Below, in pieces: positions 41,568-54,407 of a DNA stretch of 64,000 bases. The notes below the pieces were generated by a model, which saw only the letters and a list, made by a program, of their open reading frames with translations, was not told the DNA's origin and did no database searches. Source of the DNA: Rhynchopus sp. YZ270_cl-10 (taxonomy: Eukaryota); the NCBI GenBank assembly GCA_964035575.1, contig OZ037847.1, forward strand, positions 744,001-808,000. Direction: 5' to 3'. Both the position numbers and the translations under genes were made by a program. Numbering within the stretch: the stretch's first letter is position 1; each line of letters starts with the position of its first letter.

Positions 41568-44500
41568 TAACTGAAGCAAGAAAAAGAAAATACAAGAAGA
41601 AACACCCCCACGTTGAATTTGCCTTTTGTCGTTTTTGAAATGCTATGCAGTTCTCATCCGAATGCATGCACACAATTTTAAAAGGCATACTTGGTGTGGC
41701 CGACGTCCCCAAAATAGCAGAAAATAGCAGAAAGTAGTACAAAATAGCACCCTCTTTCAGTCACACCAATAATCGTACGGCAGAATTAGGTTGATTTAAT
41801 CGGCGTGTACATAGGGGACTTGCATGCAAGTGTAGGCTTAGAAAGAAACTGAAATAAAGAAAAATTTATGAGAGGAACCTAAGCCACGTGCTTGGTCACT
41901 GAAAAAAAAGGAAATATGGCGCGAGTATGAGTGGACCCATACACCTGAGAAATAGAAAGAAAGTAAAACTCGTAAGATGAATGACCCCACGTAAATAAAG
42001 CAAAATAAAATGGGGGCGTAGGGAACCTCCTCAATAGCTTTTGCAGGTAATCCTTAATCTCATCGCGTTGCTGGAGGACAAAATTAATGTAACGCATTTT
42101 GTTTTTTTTTTCTAAAAGCAATATCAATGCGTCTCATCTCCATATCTTTCAAAGAAATAGGTGGTATAAAATAAAAGGGAAAATGGTTGGTTCTGTTTTG
42201 CTCTGGTTTTATGTTCGTTCGTTTTTTTTTTTTTTTCCCTTCCCCCTTTGCGTGGAAAGGGGGGGAGTGCGCGACCCTGGCAAATATTGTGAGAGACCCA
42301 ACGGTTCTTGAACCCTGGGTCGGGCTCTCACAGAACACAGTTTGCTATAGGGTATGAATGATGTAGCACATTGCCAACGATCGCTTGATTCCAATGAAAG
42401 CAGATGGATGAGAAGGGGAGGCACGGAGGGAGCTGCAACAACCGAACGCGACAGGGGCTTTGGATAATATGATACATTATATCTGAAAATACGAGAAAAA
42501 CATTGGTCAGATGAACACAACCCAATCATGCTGGTTCACCTTTAATACCCCCACCCTATGATAACACACAGTCCTACAATACCATAAGGGATGGACGGTC
42601 GGGTCGGGAGCCCTAATAGGGGAAAACCCCTAGAGAGCATACAGCTGGCTTACCAAAAGAAAAGAAAAAAACAGAAAACGCCAATTTTATTTTCAAAAAG
42701 AAATATTTTAAGCGTGAGGTTGAGCCCCTTTAACAAAAATTGTGAGATGCACCTAAACATCATGTACGGGTTCTTCTCAGAATAATTTTTTTTTCAGTCA
42801 CCTTGGAAAATGTTAAAAACGGGGTAAAGAAGCCAAACAGCTGTGTCGACTTTGCACAAACCAAACAGTGACAGAAGCTTTTGAGTACATTTCTTGTACA
42901 GAATTGAGCAAAAAAATATGTACTTATACTGACTCCTCCGCGGGGGTGGGTGTGAGAAAGAAGGCGTAGACGCCAAAAATATAAAGAATCAAAAAAAAAA
43001 AAGAGCACACACACGAATTGTATCCAAGACAGCGGTTTCAGATGTTGCTATGAAGTGCGGAGGGAAGAACATGGAAGGGGAGGGAAGGGCTTAGGAGGGG
43101 TCAGAAGGGTACTAAATGCGTCAACGAATCACTTTTTTTTCTCCCACTTTTTTGGCTCTGAGGCACAAAAATCACCGAGAAAATCGTCCAAACCCACCTT
43201 TTGGGAGACCAAAAAATGTGCTGACCTGAGTTATTTTGGCGACTCATAACAACCATTACCTCGAAAAGTTGAAAATTGGACCCCCTTTTTGTGGTTCCTG
43301 GGTAAGGGGGTTTTCAGTTTCTGAGGCCGGATCTCACGTTGGGGAATCTGGACGCCCAAAAGCTTCGAAAACCACATAACTCCACTGACGGACCTCACCG
43401 GAGCGGAAGTGGGGTGGTTTTCGGCATTTTCGAAGAAGTGTGTTACAGGATCCATCCTTTAAAAGGGGGACATGCATTGTTTCGTTGCCTCGATAGTCAC
43501 CCGCCAGAGGTGAGCTTTTTGTTAGTATCCTTGACTCTTCACTAGTTTTCTTTATTCTATGAGGATCTCCTCAGTGCAGTGAACTGTTTGGGACCCCCGC
43601 TCTGCCCAGACGTTATCACGTTCATCACACAAGAAAGAACCCTTTTGACAAACCTTTTTCTTGTGAACAAACCTTTTAAAATTTGCCATGAATAATGGTA
43701 CGTACGTATGATAAATGGTGTACCCCTTGCCTTCGTTTGGGGTTTTGGGTTTGATAGGGATGATGAGGGAGGCAGAGAGACAGAAAGAGCGAATAAAAGG
43801 AAAGAAATTGGACAGGTGTAGGGCTAAACCTTCATAAAAAATATATAACCGCGCCAGCATCAAAAAAAAAAGGGATGAAAAACTGGTTGTGTAGTAGCGA
43901 CACATAAAACTAACAAAATATCGTGACACCGTGAATATGACACTGTGACGTACACGATGACATATTTTTCAAAAGAAATAAAACTAAAAACGCGAGAAAT
44001 ACCATTTGCCTGTTAAAATACTGAGGGGGTTGAGCCAGGACAAAAGGGGAGGTGGATGAAATAGCTTATTATTACAGCACGACACTGCCATACTCCTGTA
44101 ATACTTTCTCCCCTCCCCTCCTTCTCGTACCATGTGCCCATGTCAACGTCAACTGACAAGGACTCTCTCTTTTCTTCCTTTGCTTCACAACCTTATAGGA
44201 ATTTGAGAAACACTGTTGTTATTTCCTCCACCCCACAAATTCTGAGTTCTTTTTTTAAAACCGAATTTTTGGGCTCCAAGGGGAGAGAACAAAATTTTAT
44301 TTTATTTCGGAATGTAGAGGCCTCTCGTTTGTACCTGGTGTGGGATTCAGAGATTGATAGATCCCAAATGGTATCCCAAAGCACGGTACAAGTATTTTCA
44401 TCATATGCAATCAATAAATTGATAGTATATGATGAAAATTACAAGAAAGAACCTCACCCTCAGAATACAGTTCTTGGGTTAAGCTTTCCCACCCTTCCCA

Positions 44501-44730
44501 CCCACCCCACATACAAAGTCCGATTGACGTTCTGAAAGAGGATGTACCTATTACCCGAGGAAAAACTATAGTAAACTAGGGACCCCCTCATGCTCTCAAA
44601 GTCAAGGATATGGACCGGGTTCCGTCCATTTCCTCAATAAGCTGCTTCTGGGGGTGCTGATAGACGTGTGTACCCTCAGAAACGTTGGCGGGTGATTTTT
44701 TTCGGTTGTAAACAAAGTTTTGGTAAAATA

Positions 44731-44765
44731 GTTATAAATACAAATCCCTCTCGTGACAGTACCTA
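44731..44765. repeat. Dispersed repeat family, copy E (short remnant)
   Basis: aaatacaaatccctctcgtgacagtacc. Confidence 0.55.
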
Positions 44766-45866
44766 CAAAAAAAGAAGATGTTCGTCATAAATGCAGAACT
44801 CTAACCCGTGACAACGTGACGGGATAGTGGTGGGATAATAGGTACACCCCCCAAAGGGGGGGAAATCGAATTTATTTCAATCCAACTTATAAAAGAAAAG
44901 GTTCAAAATCCGGATGTTTAGACTGGACTAAATAATATGTACGTCCCTTCATTTGCCTTAAAATACGGACACTGGATGCTATTTTTCTTTTAAGCAACAT
45001 CCTGGGCCAGGTAGAGAATAGTGAGGGGAAAGAGAAGTGCACAATGTGCATTTAACAAAGACCACTGTGGCATTGATACAAACCCTCAAGGGTTTTCTAG
45101 AAGGAAAAAGAAAAAAAAAAGGAAAGAAAAGAAAATAAAAAACGACGAGTTGTGCACTGTGACGCAGACGCATGGCCCTCAACTGCTCACAGATCATTGA
45201 AAGGGTTGAAACGTCTCCCGAATACGCTCATTCGTGAAATGAGACTTCCGTGAGGGCCACGCTTCCTCCCGACAATGGATTTGTTTCCTCTGAAGAAGGG
45301 GGATGAAGCGTAAGGTATGGCGACTTCGTAAACACAAATATCAACAACAGACTTCCCCGAGCAGAGGGAGAAAAGAATGGCAGTGGCAGCCAAACAACCT
45401 CGTGGTCAAATAAATGTTGGGAGGGGGGGGAAAGCACACACAGTTCGCTAAATAGTGCTATTCTTCTCCCGCTCTATTAGCCGTGCTGCTTTCATACACA
45501 TAATTCGCGTGGCTTCGCATGTTGTTTTAGTTTCAATTCGGGGTATAGATAAAGTGCAATCCACAGCGAAGGGGACTACAAAAGGGTTTATTGTTTAGAC
45601 ATATTCTCACACGCAAAGTGCAGTGGCCCCTGCAGGGAGGCCTGGCTTTGTGCTTGACAGATGGTCGAATGCCTATGTAAAAATATATTTGCCCTGTAAA
45701 AAAATACAGACGCGCACCGAACAGATAAAAATGTTGGAAAATGAATGACAGACGAAACAGCCTTTCCAGAGCAAAGCTATGATTCCATAAAAAGGCAATA
45801 AATTATCAAGAAGAAAAGCAAAAGCAAACGTTGAACGAAAGCACCTCCTGCGCGCATCACAAGCCT

Positions 45867-48800
45867 TTAACGAAACCGTGCAGGCACTGGCGGTAAGGTG
45901 GGCACATTTGAGCGAATGGGGGTGACAAACGTTTCGTTTCGTGCATTCATCTTCAACTCGTCTTGTGGCGCACGTGAAAAATTCACTCGAACACGGTAAC
46001 CCTCGGACAGTGATTCGTAGCACACCCCTTTCAGAATCCTCTGATGGTTTGTGCAAAGAAGAGACGGTGGCTGTAGCGAGATGTCTGCCACAACCCTCTG
46101 GAAATACTCTTTGGATGCATTTTTGAACAGCGACCCGAACAGCGAGGCTGCAGCCCTAGCGTCGTTGGGCTCACCCAGGGATGCCCCAGCATCGCTCCTC
46201 CCGCTGGCGGTGAGGAGGGGGCACTGCATCGCGTCGTTGCCGTCACCCCACACACTCATCAAGGCCTTCAACCCCTCGGTGCTGACCTGGTACACTGCAA
46301 CAGTGCGCGACTCCTTCGTGTAGAACCATTTATCCGCAAGGAAGAGGCACTCCGCCACATGCTGTGTGTCGTTGCGCTCCAAAGCATTGCTCTCCCGTGT
46401 GGCGTCTGCGAAGAGCGCATAGAAGCCCGCCTCCTCAGCGTACTCGGCTGCTGCCTCTGCAACAATGAGCGGTGTGCCGAGGGAGGTGGTGTACCTTTGC
46501 TTCGACGTACCCACGTTGCCATGCAAGAAGTCGCCTGTGGCAATGCCAAGACGCATGATGCTTTGTGTGCGCGTCTCAAGGTACTCAGCCAAGCGGAGTG
46601 CAGAGGTCACGTGTTGGCGGCAGCGCTTCGAGGTATTGAAGGTAATCAGCACTTCGGAGGCAACAACTGCTGCAATCTGCCCGTCAAACGAGATGGCTGC
46701 CTCTGCTGCACAGCGTACGATCAGGTTGAAGTCGTCGTACACTGTGTCGTATGAGATTTTGGTGTTCAATTTGCACACTGCCACCGTCCCGCTGGCCTTC
46801 ATGAGGAACAGCTCCGTCTTTTTCAAGGTGGAACCAATACCTAGTCTGCTTCCACTGCTTGCAACACTACGGTCGTCACTGGCATTCTCTTTATCTATTT
46901 GAGTATCGGCATCTTCAACTGGTGTGCAGTCTGTGTGCGAAACGCTGAAACGGCATTGCAATGATTTAGGAGCCAGCAGAAACAGTTCGTGGCCGGGGCC
47001 TAAACCGCGCAGCTCTTGTGGGCCTAAAGGATGAAGAACAGGAGAATGTTGGATGTCGGTCCATCCGTTCTTGCGTCCCTCAATGATTGCTGTCATGTCA
47101 CGACTGATGCAGATGGTGCCGCCCTTTGCTTTGGCTTCAACGCGCGACGCCTTGTTCACAGTGCTTCCACGGTAGTCTACTCGTCCAGTGATGGGATTCT
47201 CTTCTGCAATAGTGCTACCATGATGCAGCCCTATCCGCACGACAAGACCTGCCGCAGGAAGGCGCAGGCGTTCCGGCCACTTCGCTTGCTTGAAGCGGTG
47301 CTGGATCTCCAGTGCTGTTCGGATTGCAAGGACAGGGTCTTTGAACGTGAGCATGAAGGAGTCGCCGATGGTCTTGACTTCGTAGCCGTTGTACTCACGG
47401 TACACTGCACGGATGATTGCGTTGTGCTGCTCGATTGCGGCGTTCATGTCTTGTGCAGACCGTTTCCACAGTTTCGTGCTGCCTTGGATGTCTGTGAACA
47501 TGACAGTAACATCCCCTGTTGGAGGTGATACTCTCTTTGACGCTGCACCGGGATCACCTGCAGGCAAAGACGTATTCGAACCTAGAACAGCCTCCGGAAC
47601 GTAAGCTTTGTATTCCAGCAGATTACGAGCCATCATCAGGAAGTTAGCTTGCATTTCCCGCATCTCGTAAAACATAGAAGAAGCTTTCACGTTCTTAGTA
47701 GTGTTGATGAAATTCATCTGTGCAACGTTTGCCATCTCATCTTGCATGACAAGCAACGCCTTCAAGACGAAATGAGTCGCCAATACACTCAAGACAACAA
47801 GAACCACTGCCAACCCGACGATAAAGAAGCGCGACTGCAGACGCGTCCGGTTCACTTCGTCAGACACCTTCTCCCTCTCCACTAACGTAGAGGCGGCGGC
47901 GGCTCTGGAGGCAAGAGACACATTCCTCATGACGTGTTCCTCGCTCAGTGAGACAGTCATCCACCAGTCCAGGCCGTGTCCATCCTGAATCCTGCGCACA
48001 TTGACGTAATGACCTTCTTGGACATGGGTTTCGTTGATCCGAGACATGAACATATCATCTGCAGAGTCGGTGAAGTCAGTTGGCACTGTTGGGCGAACAA
48101 TCCGCAAAGCACGTTCCGCTTGTTGCTGCGAAAAATGTGCATACGAACCTGGAGTCCGCTGTATGGCCTGCGCCACACCACGGATGATGGGGTCGTCTGC
48201 ATGCACATCCTGCATCATGAGAGAGTGCGTCTTGTTCACTTGGAAGAAATCGTCAAACCGAACTTTCTTCTCCACACCGAGCCCATGCGAAACACCTGTG
48301 AGGACACCGACCTGCTGCAAGGAGTCGAGCACGTCCTGTGGATACCCAGTCCTCTTTGTCATCTCAGTCACCATCCAGCTGCTAGCTATAGAAGTGTAGA
48401 TACGTGTGTCAGCCCCGGTGGCTTCATGGGTCTTGCTTGCGAGCTCTGCGAGAAAGGTTTGCACGTTCGCCAAACTCACAATAATCATTGTCTGCACAGA
48501 CCCCACAGAATTCGTGGGATCTTCCATCCTGCTGACAACAAATGTGCCGAGGAAATCGCCGAAGATCTCCAGAACACCCCACTTCACATCACCGTACTCC
48601 CAAAGGCTGCCTGGTCCGATAGTACCCCGTGCCAGTTCGTTTGCAATCGCTTTAGATCCGGCGGGGAGCCACAGGGTCGGAGCTGAGCGATTCATGTCTG
48701 CAGTGATGGGCATGGCGGGGCCGTATTCAATGTGAGTCGCGTTGTCTTCATGTTGAAGGACCAGGGCAACGCCCCCAGGAACGTCGGGTCGTAGCTGACA

Positions 48801-49307
48801 AGATGCAGAAGCGTCCTCGGCTGTAAAGGAAGCGCCAAGGATGTTGACGGAATTAGCCCTCACGACTGTGACCAGCTGGCTCCATACGTATCCCATCTGT
48901 CTGTGCGTCCACGTTCCGTCCTTACGTGAGTTGCGTTCGACCGTATCGGCCACAAGGTTGAGACGTTCAGCTTCCACAACAGCGCGCTGTAGAAAAGCAT
49001 ACACTGCACTCTCTGAAGCGCTGCTGGAAATGAACAACAACTGCGCAACTATGGAATCAAGTGCATCCGTGGACGAGCCGAAGCACGTTGTCAAAGTATC
49101 ACTGCTGTGGTCGCGCGTGTCACCAAGTGCAACATCACATGATACCTCTGACAGGGCCCCTGTTCCGACGCCGGTCACAACAATTATGAGTAAACACATC
49201 CCCGCAATCGTGCCACGCACAGACACAATTGTTTGCATAATCCACTGCTTCATGCCCCTGCCGCCTTTCTCGGTGGAGTTGATAGCTTCGACATTAATTT
49301 CCTCCAT
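45867..49307 (-). CDS. Receptor-type class III adenylate cyclase, paralogue 2
   Basis: Same architecture as paralogue 1: VMFTDIQGSTKLW, YEVKTIGDSFM, DYRGSTVNKASRVE. Likely ATG at 49307 (MEEINVE). Confidence 0.93.
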   Translation of the reverse strand: MEEINVEAINSTEKGGRGMKQWIMQTIVSVRGTIAGMCLLIIVVTGVGTGALSEVSCDVALGDTRDHSSDTLTTCFGSSTDALDSIVAQLLFISSSASESAVYAFLQRAVVEAERLNLVADTVERNSRKDGTWTHRQMGYVWSQLVTVVRANSVNILGASFTAEDASASCQLRPDVPGGVALVLQHEDNATHIEYGPAMPITADMNRSAPTLWLPAGSKAIANELARGTIGPGSLWEYGDVKWGVLEIFGDFLGTFVVSRMEDPTNSVGSVQTMIIVSLANVQTFLAELASKTHEATGADTRIYTSIASSWMVTEMTKRTGYPQDVLDSLQQVGVLTGVSHGLGVEKKVRFDDFFQVNKTHSLMMQDVHADDPIIRGVAQAIQRTPGSYAHFSQQQAERALRIVRPTVPTDFTDSADDMFMSRINETHVQEGHYVNVRRIQDGHGLDWWMTVSLSEEHVMRNVSLASRAAAASTLVEREKVSDEVNRTRLQSRFFIVGLAVVLVVLSVLATHFVLKALLVMQDEMANVAQMNFINTTKNVKASSMFYEMREMQANFLMMARNLLEYKAYVPEAVLGSNTSLPAGDPGAASKRVSPPTGDVTVMFTDIQGSTKLWKRSAQDMNAAIEQHNAIIRAVYREYNGYEVKTIGDSFMLTFKDPVLAIRTALEIQHRFKQAKWPERLRLPAAGLVVRIGLHHGSTIAEENPITGRVDYRGSTVNKASRVEAKAKGGTICISRDMTAIIEGRKNGWTDIQHSPVLHPLGPQELRGLGPGHELFLLAPKSLQCRFSVSHTDCTPVEDADTQIDKENASDDRSVASSGSRLGIGSTLKKTELFLMKASGTVAVCKLNTKISYDTVYDDFNLIVRCAAEAAISFDGQIAAVVASEVLITFNTSKRCRQHVTSALRLAEYLETRTQSIMRLGIATGDFLHGNVGTSKQRYTTSLGTPLIVAEAAAEYAEEAGFYALFADATRESNALERNDTQHVAECLFLADKWFYTKESRTVAVYQVSTEGLKALMSVWGDGNDAMQCPLLTASGRSDAGASLGEPNDARAAASLFGSLFKNASKEYFQRVVADISLQPPSLLCTNHQRILKGVCYESLSEGYRVRVNFSRAPQDELKMNARNETFVTPIRSNVPTLPPVPARFR

Positions 49308-49550
49308 CGTGTTTGTGTACGTCACGACTGTTATTTGTTGTGTGAAGAAAAGAGATAAGGTAGGTGGGTATGTAAGTAGTATGGGGAAGGGGCGGGCCAC
49401 TTTTACTTTGCATCTAGAATTACACTCTTATCTATGAAGTGGATGTGGGGTGGTGTACTGGTGATATCCTACGTGGTCGAAGATATCAGACGGAACCTTC
49501 CTCGCGGAGCTAGGCAGCAGTAGAGAAAAAAGGTGGCACGTGTTCTATTG

Positions 49551-51557
49551 TTACTTCGCCAACTGACCTCTCGGGTGTGCCACAGGGAATAACAAGGGGC
49601 TCATGGTACCGTGGGCGTTGTTTCGCACGGGGGATACTTGATAGCTGTCTGCGACTGACGCAGAATATCCAATTGGTTGTGAAGGAAAGTTTGGATACGC
49701 GTCCAAAGGGGGGCTGAAGGCCATGGATGGCTCCCTTGCTCGTGGTGTTATTGTTGTTTGAGTCTCCGGCGGTTGGGGCGAAGTGCGTGCCAGTGGTGAC
49801 GCAGGTTTCATCAGTGTCGGCTGCGGATGCGTGAAAGGGGGAGGAGGGCTGTGGGTGTGGGTTGAATGAACAACAGGGTTGACAGGGTGCACCCTCGGAG
49901 GCCCGTTCGTGACGAACTGCATTTCATCAGGTGCCCTGAGTCTCTCTTCTCCATCAGGGAGGCGCACCCACCAACACTGTCGCTTCAGGAACGTTCCATC
50001 CGTACCCCGGTAAGGCTCGATAAGAGTCGCCTTCCCTTCTGTGACAGTGACTGACATGCCTGATGATAGGTGTAACGACTCGCTGCGGATCTGCCTTTCA
50101 TCGAACTGCCTCTGTACGTCTGTCATGCGCGCCCCGAATTCGTGTTCTTTCTCAGCCAATCTCTGACTAAAATAAGCAGCCTCCTCTGCCAGACGTTGTC
50201 TCAGCTCACCTGTCTCGTTCTGCAGACCAAACACTTCCTGCTGGTAACGATGAACTTCGCGCTCAAGCTCTAACACTTGTTGTGCCCTTTCCGAAGCATG
50301 CTGGCGGTCTTGCGCAGCCTCAGCTTGTGCCACAGCCAATGTCTCCATGCTCTGTGCCTGGCTCCTCACCTGTGCTTCGAGTTGCTCGCACCTTCTCTCA
50401 CGTTCAAGCAGCTGGCGCATTGTATCGTCGTGTGCTTCCTTGATGCGGATGTGCTCTCTGTCAAGCTCTTCAAAGCGCTGTGGGAACTGATGCAGTCTCT
50501 GCACCTCATTCTCCAACTCACGCACACGTTGCTCCGCATACTCCAGACGGCGCTTTTCCGTCTCCAGCACTTCACAGCGCCGCTCTCGCTCTGCATGCTT
50601 AAGACGCATATCATGCACCTCAGCCTCAAGAGCTTCGCTGCGTCGGATGTGCTCCTCCATTGCACGGCGCGACTCACCTTCGCTACGGTCTTTGTCGCGC
50701 AGCAGCTGCGACAGGCGCGTCACTTCCGCTTCTTGGAAACTGCGCTCATCGCCACCTCGTGGCGAGTACGGAATGTTCATTGTGGCAGGGACAGGGACAG
50801 GAGCAGGAGCAGGAGCAGCAGGGCCCACTGTAGCGCGCGAGAGAGCAGCATGTATCGTATCAAGGTGGTGTCGTGCGTCAACAAGCGCTGCATTGACATG
50901 ACTGTGATCTTTCACTGGGGAAAGTGATCCCCGAGCCGGCCGCGCACGTGGCGAATGAGTGGCGTACGTCGGCTGCGGATGCACTCCCGGTTGTGCTGGC
51001 GTATGTGGAGGTGGATGCGCGGGGTGTGGAACTGGGGGCTGGGGGTGCGCCGTCGCTGCACCGACTGGAGCAAGATCCGCTTCTGTGAGACGGACAAAGG
51101 CTCTGGGGAAGTGGATGCAATACGGCCACTGCACTGAGGTGTCGGTGTCGTACTCGACCACCATCCCCACATCACCTATGCTGAGCACGTCACCGTCTGG
51201 CCACTCCACGCGCCCCACAAAGCGCCCCCCTCCGACGTACTGCACCTTCTTCCCCACAACAAATGTGTAGCCCGGTGGAGGAAGGTGTCGTCTTTGCTGA
51301 CCGCCAACATAGTTTGGTGAGTTATACTGCGACCCTGTATGACCAGGCGAACACTGCACACTGCTACCGAGCTTAGGAGACCGACGCTGGGGGGATGTAA
51401 ACGGCTTGATACTCCCTGTTGCAGTGCCTCGCGAAGGCGACCGTTGTATCGAAGCAGAGATCACTGCAGATGAAGTCACCGCAAATCCTGGTGACCCTGA
51501 CCTCGCCATCGGAGCTCCCGATGCTACAAAATTTCCAACCATCACATCCTCTTTCAT
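49551..51557 (-). CDS. Hypothetical protein: SH3-like barrel segment, Pro-rich regions, long coiled coil
   Basis: Long ORF; likely ATG at 51557, just after a CAG. E/R/Q-rich coil. Confidence 0.8.
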   Translation of the reverse strand: MKEDVMVGNFVASGAPMARSGSPGFAVTSSAVISASIQRSPSRGTATGSIKPFTSPQRRSPKLGSSVQCSPGHTGSQYNSPNYVGGQQRRHLPPPGYTFVVGKKVQYVGGGRFVGRVEWPDGDVLSIGDVGMVVEYDTDTSVQWPYCIHFPRAFVRLTEADLAPVGAATAHPQPPVPHPAHPPPHTPAQPGVHPQPTYATHSPRARPARGSLSPVKDHSHVNAALVDARHHLDTIHAALSRATVGPAAPAPAPVPVPATMNIPYSPRGGDERSFQEAEVTRLSQLLRDKDRSEGESRRAMEEHIRRSEALEAEVHDMRLKHAERERRCEVLETEKRRLEYAEQRVRELENEVQRLHQFPQRFEELDREHIRIKEAHDDTMRQLLERERRCEQLEAQVRSQAQSMETLAVAQAEAAQDRQHASERAQQVLELEREVHRYQQEVFGLQNETGELRQRLAEEAAYFSQRLAEKEHEFGARMTDVQRQFDERQIRSESLHLSSGMSVTVTEGKATLIEPYRGTDGTFLKRQCWWVRLPDGEERLRAPDEMQFVTNGPPRVHPVNPVVHSTHTHSPPPPFTHPQPTLMKPASPLARTSPQPPETQTTITPRAREPSMAFSPPLDAYPNFPSQPIGYSASVADSYQVSPVRNNAHGTMSPLLFPVAHPRGQLAK

Positions 51558-51750
51558 CCTGTTTGGTTGTGGGTGTTGTGGGTGGGAAGTAGAGGAAAAG
51601 GTGCACCACAAATACTCTCGTTTTCTTTTTCCTTTTTTCTATTTTGAAACCTTCGTCGTACCATTGTACCACAATGCTCTTCACTACTGTATCGATCGTC
51701 TAGGGCTGCACTCAACCCTCAGAAAACTACTTCGTTGCCAACACAACGCA

Positions 51751-52254
51751 TCACCAGAGACTATCTTGACCCCCATATTTAAAACTCAGCAAACAAGTCT
51801 CCCTCAGGAGCATTTCGTTTACCTGCGGGACGTACGATGACTTGATGTGCTGCCGGCGCATTTCTTTGAAGAGGCTGTTGGGGTTCAAATTCATCAAATC
51901 CTGCCCACTTGTTTTGTTCATTGAGTATGCATCGACTAGATCCTTGTCCAAAGGTATTTCTGGGTCGTTGTAGCTCCGTTCAATCCAGGCGATCACTTCT
52001 TCATAACTCCAATGGCTTGGATCGGTGGGGTCAGTACGCGACGGAAAGCCAGGCTCAATGTCCAGCATCTGAGGTATTTTCACTTTTATACTCTTCTTCT
52101 CTACCCCTGGGGGTGCGAACGGATCACTCTCCGTCATATACCCTTCGCTCATAGAGAGCGGGTCCACGTCAGCAGGGTTGCTGTTGAATGCCTGTTGGAC
52201 CTGGTATATTCGCAGGCATGGTGTAAGGACCCGGAGACACTTCCCTCTTAGCAT
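51751..52254 (-). CDS. Hypothetical protein with SAM-like domain, possibly mitochondrial
   Basis: HWSYEEVIAWI...NKTSGQDLMNL resembles a SAM domain; basic N-terminus MLRGKCLRVL. Confidence 0.65.
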   Translation of the reverse strand: MLRGKCLRVLTPCLRIYQVQQAFNSNPADVDPLSMSEGYMTESDPFAPPGVEKKSIKVKIPQMLDIEPGFPSRTDPTDPSHWSYEEVIAWIERSYNDPEIPLDKDLVDAYSMNKTSGQDLMNLNPNSLFKEMRRQHIKSSYVPQVNEMLLRETCLLSFKYGGQDSLW

Positions 52255-53732
52255 CTCTTACTATTACACCTGGAAGGTAGATTCTTCACTAAAGGGGGAG
52301 AGTAGAGAGTAGGGATAGGATATGGTGAAAAGAAGTATTAAATATCGTTGTGGATGAAGATACGTTCATTTTTTTGAAAAAGAGTTACTAAACACGGAGG
52401 CTCTACACGCTACAAGGTAAAACAAGGAAGAGGATCTCAAATAAAACAAGACAGGTTTTTTTCAAAGAGTGTTTTTGCTATACAACTTGCAATGAAAACC
52501 AGCACTGTTCTCAACTACCATTTGAGAGGAAGCGGGGACCCTAGCTAGGTATAAACCATGTCCAATTAAAATTTTGCGTTGTGCTTTTTTTTCCACCGAA
52601 AACAAAAGGGAAGTTCTTTTCCGCGATAATTGCCCCCTTTACCTGGAAAAAAAAACACTGTTTGGTGCTCCTGGAGGGGCCGATATTGACAGGTCCCTGA
52701 CAGGTCCCTGCCATAGGGGGGTGCCATTTTTTAACGGTACTTAGCAATTTTTTCGTGGGACGCACACACACACACGGTGGCCCATACGGACCCTCAGGGT
52801 ACTCCCAAACCCGGGTACCCCGCGCGGACCCTATTTGGGGTACCCCCCAAAGGGTCCGTTGCACCACAACCGAGTGTGAGCAATGACACAAGGGGGTATG
52901 GTATGACTAGTCACATGACAAGACTAAATAATGACAAGGCCTAACGCCACTCATTATAATCAGGGGTCTTGTCGTTAGTTAGTCTTGTCATGGCACATGT
53001 CACTTTACATGTAAAATGACATGTGAGTACATGTAAAAAAAGTTACATGTAAAGCACATGTAAAAGTGCATGTCATGTCATTTTACTTCACCGTCGTGTA
53101 TACTCCGGACATGGATACCCACACAGAATACACGGTTCCCCAGACATCTGTCAGGCAATCACTGATTCACTTTACACAGGTCGGGCAGGCGCTGCCTGCC
53201 CATCCTCTTTTTCCTGTCTGCTATCGATTCCAGGTTCACAGGGATACACAAAACCACACAAAGCGCTATCGCGCTTCTTCGGCAACGTGTCGAAATCAGT
53301 GCGTCACACGGCCCCTCTAAGCCAGTGATGGCCGCAGACGTGCATGCGTCTGCGGACGCTGCAGGTTTTCTCTTAGTGGCTAAGCCAGGGGACCTGAGGG
53401 TTCAACACCGTTGGGACGCATTGAAAGGGCGGTAAAGTGTCGGGGACACTGTATAAGCGGTTCTACGCCAAGTCCGCTCTAAAACCCTTGTGTTTCTAAG
53501 CGCATGATATTTATCACTACAATCCAAATACGGACTAAAGGTGACCACGTTGTCTTGGTTTGGCTGTATGCAAACACAATTACCCCACACAATGCCCGGG
53601 TACCAAAGCGTTTACCGAAGCGAAAAATACACTGCAGACGTCTGCATGTCATTTCTGAAAATGTGCAGACGTGCAGACGCAGACGTATGCACGTCTGCAC
53701 CCATCCCTGCTCTAAGCTGGGGGTGATTTCTA

Positions 53733-53792
53733 CTTTGCCGCTTCACAGCTGGTCTGTGAACATATTCACAGACCAGCTGTGAAGCGGCAAAG
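53733..53792. repeat. Perfect 28-bp-stem hairpin
   Basis: ctttgccgcttcacagctggtctgtgaa-cata-ttcacagaccagctgtgaagcggcaaag. Confidence 0.9.
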
Positions 53793-53832
53793 AGTCGTTC
53801 AAGCTAGGATGCACAAGATAGAACGTGATGTG

Positions 53833-54407
53833 GTGTACCTGTGTACCTGTGTACCTGTGTACCTGTGTACCTGTGTACCTGTGTACCTGTGTACCTGTGT
53901 ACCTGTGTACCTGTGTACCTGTGTACCTGTGTACCTGTGTACCTGTACCTGTGTACCTGTGTACCTGTGTACCTGTGTACCTGTGTACCTGTGTACCTGT
54001 GTACCTGTGTACCTGTGTACCTGTGTACCTGTGTACCTGTGTACCTGTGTACCTGTGTACCTGTGTACCTGTGTACCTGTGTACCTGTGTACCTGTGTAC
54101 CTGTGTACCTGTGTACCTGTGTACCTGTGTACCTGTGTACCTGTGTACCTGTGTACCTGTGTACCTGTGTACCTGTGTACCTGTGTACCTGTGTACCTGT
54201 GTACCTGTGTACCTGTGTACCTGTGTACCTGTGTACCTGTGTACCTGTGTACCTGTGTACCTGTGTACCTGTGTACCTGTGTACCTGTGTACCTGTGTAC
54301 CTGTGTACCTGTGTACCTGTGTACCTGTGTACCTGTGTACCTGTGTACCTGTGTACCTGTGTACCTGTGTACCTGTGTACCTGTGTACCTGTGTACCTGT
54401 GTACCTG
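53833..54407. repeat. Tandem 8-mer (GTGTACCT)n, ~72 copies
   Basis: Read directly from sequence. Confidence 0.98.
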
